NCBI RefSeq assembly: GCF_022045235.1
Contig: NW_027266275.1
Location: 28,644,001-28,708,000 of the forward strand
DNA length: 64,000 nucleotides
Source: Haliotis cracherodii
Taxonomy: Eukaryota
Direction of reading: 5' to 3'
Part shown: one piece after another, positions 61,501 to 64,000 of the stretch
Layout: every line of letters begins with the position of its first letter
Position numbering within the stretch: the first letter of the stretch is position 1
Program-made: the position numbers and the translations under genes
Notes under the pieces: generated by a model
Told to the model about the DNA's origin: nothing
Databases searched by the model: none
What the model saw: the letters and a program-made list of their open reading frames with translations, nothing else

Positions 61501-63074
61501 AGAATATAAGACCAGAAAGAGTTAATTTACATGGAACTGATAGTCTTGAGCACTGACTGGTCACGATGAGAACATATTTAGATTCCAATGAGTTGTGAAC
61601 GTGATCTGACTTTATGTAGAGCTTACAGGGCATGGTGATGATATGCATAACAAATTTATATAGTCGTGTAGATTCTTCAAATTACATGAAAATGGATGCT
61701 ATGAGAGACTATGCACAAAGTAGAAGATGCTGCAGCTAGTGACAAAGCTAGTTGGGGAATGTTAGAATTGCACCGATGATGGCTAGAGTAATACTGGTAA
61801 CACCCCTTACTCCCCTTAAAGGCATCTCATTAACAATGGTAGAAGAGTCCATTTGAGGAATGTATAGGGGGAAAGGGAAAGAGAATTGTGACCATATTCA
61901 TCAGATAATGGTCTTTCCTTAGACCCTTAAGGATTTTCTATGTTTAAGATTATTCTTAACAGGTTTTTAAAGTTTTTAACCTAGTGGAAGGTTGGATTAT
62001 CAATATGGTACTTGATAGTGTGGACAAACTCGGGATTTATCTACAGACTAGCATCTTGGAAGGTATTAATGCTGTGACAATATGGCTTGTATGCAATACA
62101 AACAATTAATTGACTTAAACCAGCCACTTGGTACTATTGCTGTCAATTCTGATGCTTATTAGAACCACACAGATGAAATGCTTGCTCCGGAGTCCTTGAC
62201 CCAATGATCTCTACATGATATAAGTTACAAGAAACTAGGAGAAGCAGATGCTTCATAATTCATGTTTTCGCTATTATTAACAGCTGCAATTGGATTTGAA
62301 TAATGCTTTAAATGAAGTGATGGCAGAACCACTCTTGAGGAAGTCTGAACCAGTGTTGCTGCCATTTCGAGGCCCTCCTGTCAGTGCCCATAAAGCTTAG
62401 TGTGATTCGTCCTACATGGTCCCCGCAAGGTTGATAACACATCATCATTGTCAAGCTCTAACTTCTACTTTGTGCATGCACAGCTCACACAGAGGGAGAG
62501 TGAAGTACGAATGGAATGCTTAGTTACAGAGGCAGATGACTGACTGATGAGAACAGAACATGTTCAGTGACGACCACTGCTCACAATGAACGAACGTGTC
62601 TACAGCACAGATATATGCAAAATACCAAAAAATAACAACATTCCGTTTTGATGGACCCAATAAACAGTGAACCAAACTGCCATAAAGTCAAGAAGTACAT
62701 AGGGACACACTGTGTTTTAGTAAACTATAGGCAACCATAAGAGGCATATTCAAAACCTGTTAGGAAGTAGATTTGTAATACATGTGGTACAAGAGTGTGA
62801 AGACTATCAGCTGTCGCAGCCCTACAACACACAGTGAGAGCCGATATCACAAGCATAATCTTTTGGCAGTTCCTAGTCACTGGGCAGTCTAGATCTAGAC
62901 ACATCCTACACTGGAGGTGCACTGGCTCTAGCTTGTCAGGCTGGCAGTCCACCTAGGTGCTGAGGAGGCACTTGGTCCAATAGAAGTAATCGGCATAATC
63001 TGGTCACAGCAGCCCTCGGGCTGGCATCAGCGTTAACATCAGCAGCAGCAGCAGCATTACATCACACACGACCA
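55485..63074 (-). other. Putative long 3' UTR (~7.6 kb) of the MRTF-like gene
   Basis: Follows the stop codon; unique sequence with no recognisable SINE, visibly CpG-poor, ending at the poly(A) signal. Confidence 0.5.
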
Positions 63075-63868
63075 CTAACTTGAGCTTGGTTCGGCCAGTT
63101 TCTCCCAGTTCAAACCACAGTGAGAATCTGTAGGAGTGCTGAAGTCTGCTTCGTCAAAGTTAAACAGGTCTAACACTTCTTGTTGTGTCTTGGGAGTTAG
63201 GATGGGGTCGGATGAGAATGATACTGGGGCATTAGTGCTGAGTGGGGTCAGCCCAGTGCTCGGGACAATAACATCCAGCCAATCAGACACGTCTATCTGC
63301 ATGTTGCTGTTGGCATCAGTGTCATTCAGTCCAAGGGATGCCAAATCGGGCTCAGATCCGTGAGTGCTGCCTGATTTTTGAGCACAACTAGTAGGCACAC
63401 TGAGGAGACCGGTGTCACTGTTGGTCAACCTTGTGTCCAGAGAGACTGGCGTCGGGTCTGTCAAATCCAGACCAGAGAAATGATGGTCACTTGTCCAATC
63501 CATTCCCCCTAATTCGCCAGCAGACAACATTTCTGTGAGATCAAGCAGTTCTGTGTTGGTGTCTGCTGGGCAGGGTGGCAGAGGGGAACTCACAACTACC
63601 GGGGCAACCAAATCGGGCACTTCTTTCTTAATGTTCTTTACCACGCAAATTGGCACATCATGGGCAGATCCCAAGGAGTTGACAGTCACAGTGTTTGTGG
63701 CAGTGTTTGACATGATGACATCTGCTTTAGAGAACATCAAGCCGCCACAGCTCTGTGCTGAGTTGACTGGGAGAGACACAGACGGAGATGCTGTTACACT
63801 GGGCAGTGTCATGGCCTCCGTGGTCTTTGGCGTCGTCAGGGGTTCTGTAGCTGCACTTGGAGGCAGAT
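63075..63868 (-). CDS. MRTF: Terminal coding exon of a probable myocardin-related transcription factor (MRTF/MKL-like); upstream exons lie beyond the window
   Basis: ~264-codon open frame after acceptor ttgattgttgcAG (phase 1). The acidic S/T/P-rich tail DVSDWLDVIVPSTGLTPLSTNAPVSFSSD..LNW resembles the MRTF-A/myocardin C-terminal motif MDWLEL..LAPLSTTAPSLFSTD..LHW (compared from memory, not searched). Confidence 0.7.
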
Positions 63869-63926
63869 CTGCAACAATCAAAGCAAATATGGTACCAATA
63901 ATCAGAAACTTTATGACATTCCTTAA

Positions 63927-64000
63927 GTGAGTGAGTTGGGATCAACACTTCTGAGAACAGTATTCCAGTTATATCCTGAGTGTGTTTGCTTAAGTTAGGA
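63927..64000 (-). mobile_element. Intronic SINE family C, 3' end
   Basis: gtgagtgagttggg..aacagtattccagttatatc..gtgtgt..gcttaa. Confidence 0.7.

Noticed and set aside
63869-63948. ORF-track start MIVA and overlapping ORFs 63727-63948 and 63535-63930
   Set aside because: The start is a non-ATG codon within the intron upstream of the AG acceptor; the others are alternate-frame or antisense shadows of the real exon.

Overview
Eukaryotic genomic DNA dominated by repeats. The SINE repertoire suggests a mollusc, plausibly an abalone-like gastropod (inference only). The single convincing host-gene segment is a minus-strand terminal coding exon (63075-63868). Its C-terminus resembles the myocardin/MRTF transactivation tail, and it is followed by a CpG-poor, SINE-free ~7.6 kb putative 3' UTR ending at a poly(A) signal near 55505. 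The remaining ~53 kb contains four SINE families, decayed Tc1/mariner, LINE and Penelope-like fragments, at least seven minisatellite arrays, one assembly gap, and a patchwork of local direct and inverted duplications in 1.9-17.6 kb. The most notable observations are: (i) a 97%-identical copy of the start of the terminal exon with an intact splice acceptor and a new SINE-derived stop, 33 kb downstream on the same strand, which could act as an alternative last exon lacking the activation domain; (ii) several non-autonomous DNA transposons (AcademH-like, Harbinger, THAP/Kolobok-like) that each keep only a promoter plus the first codons of their gene; (iii) a SINE with no Pol III head whose 5' end folds into a compact pseudoknot, a candidate ribozyme. 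All assignments are by eye; no searches were run.
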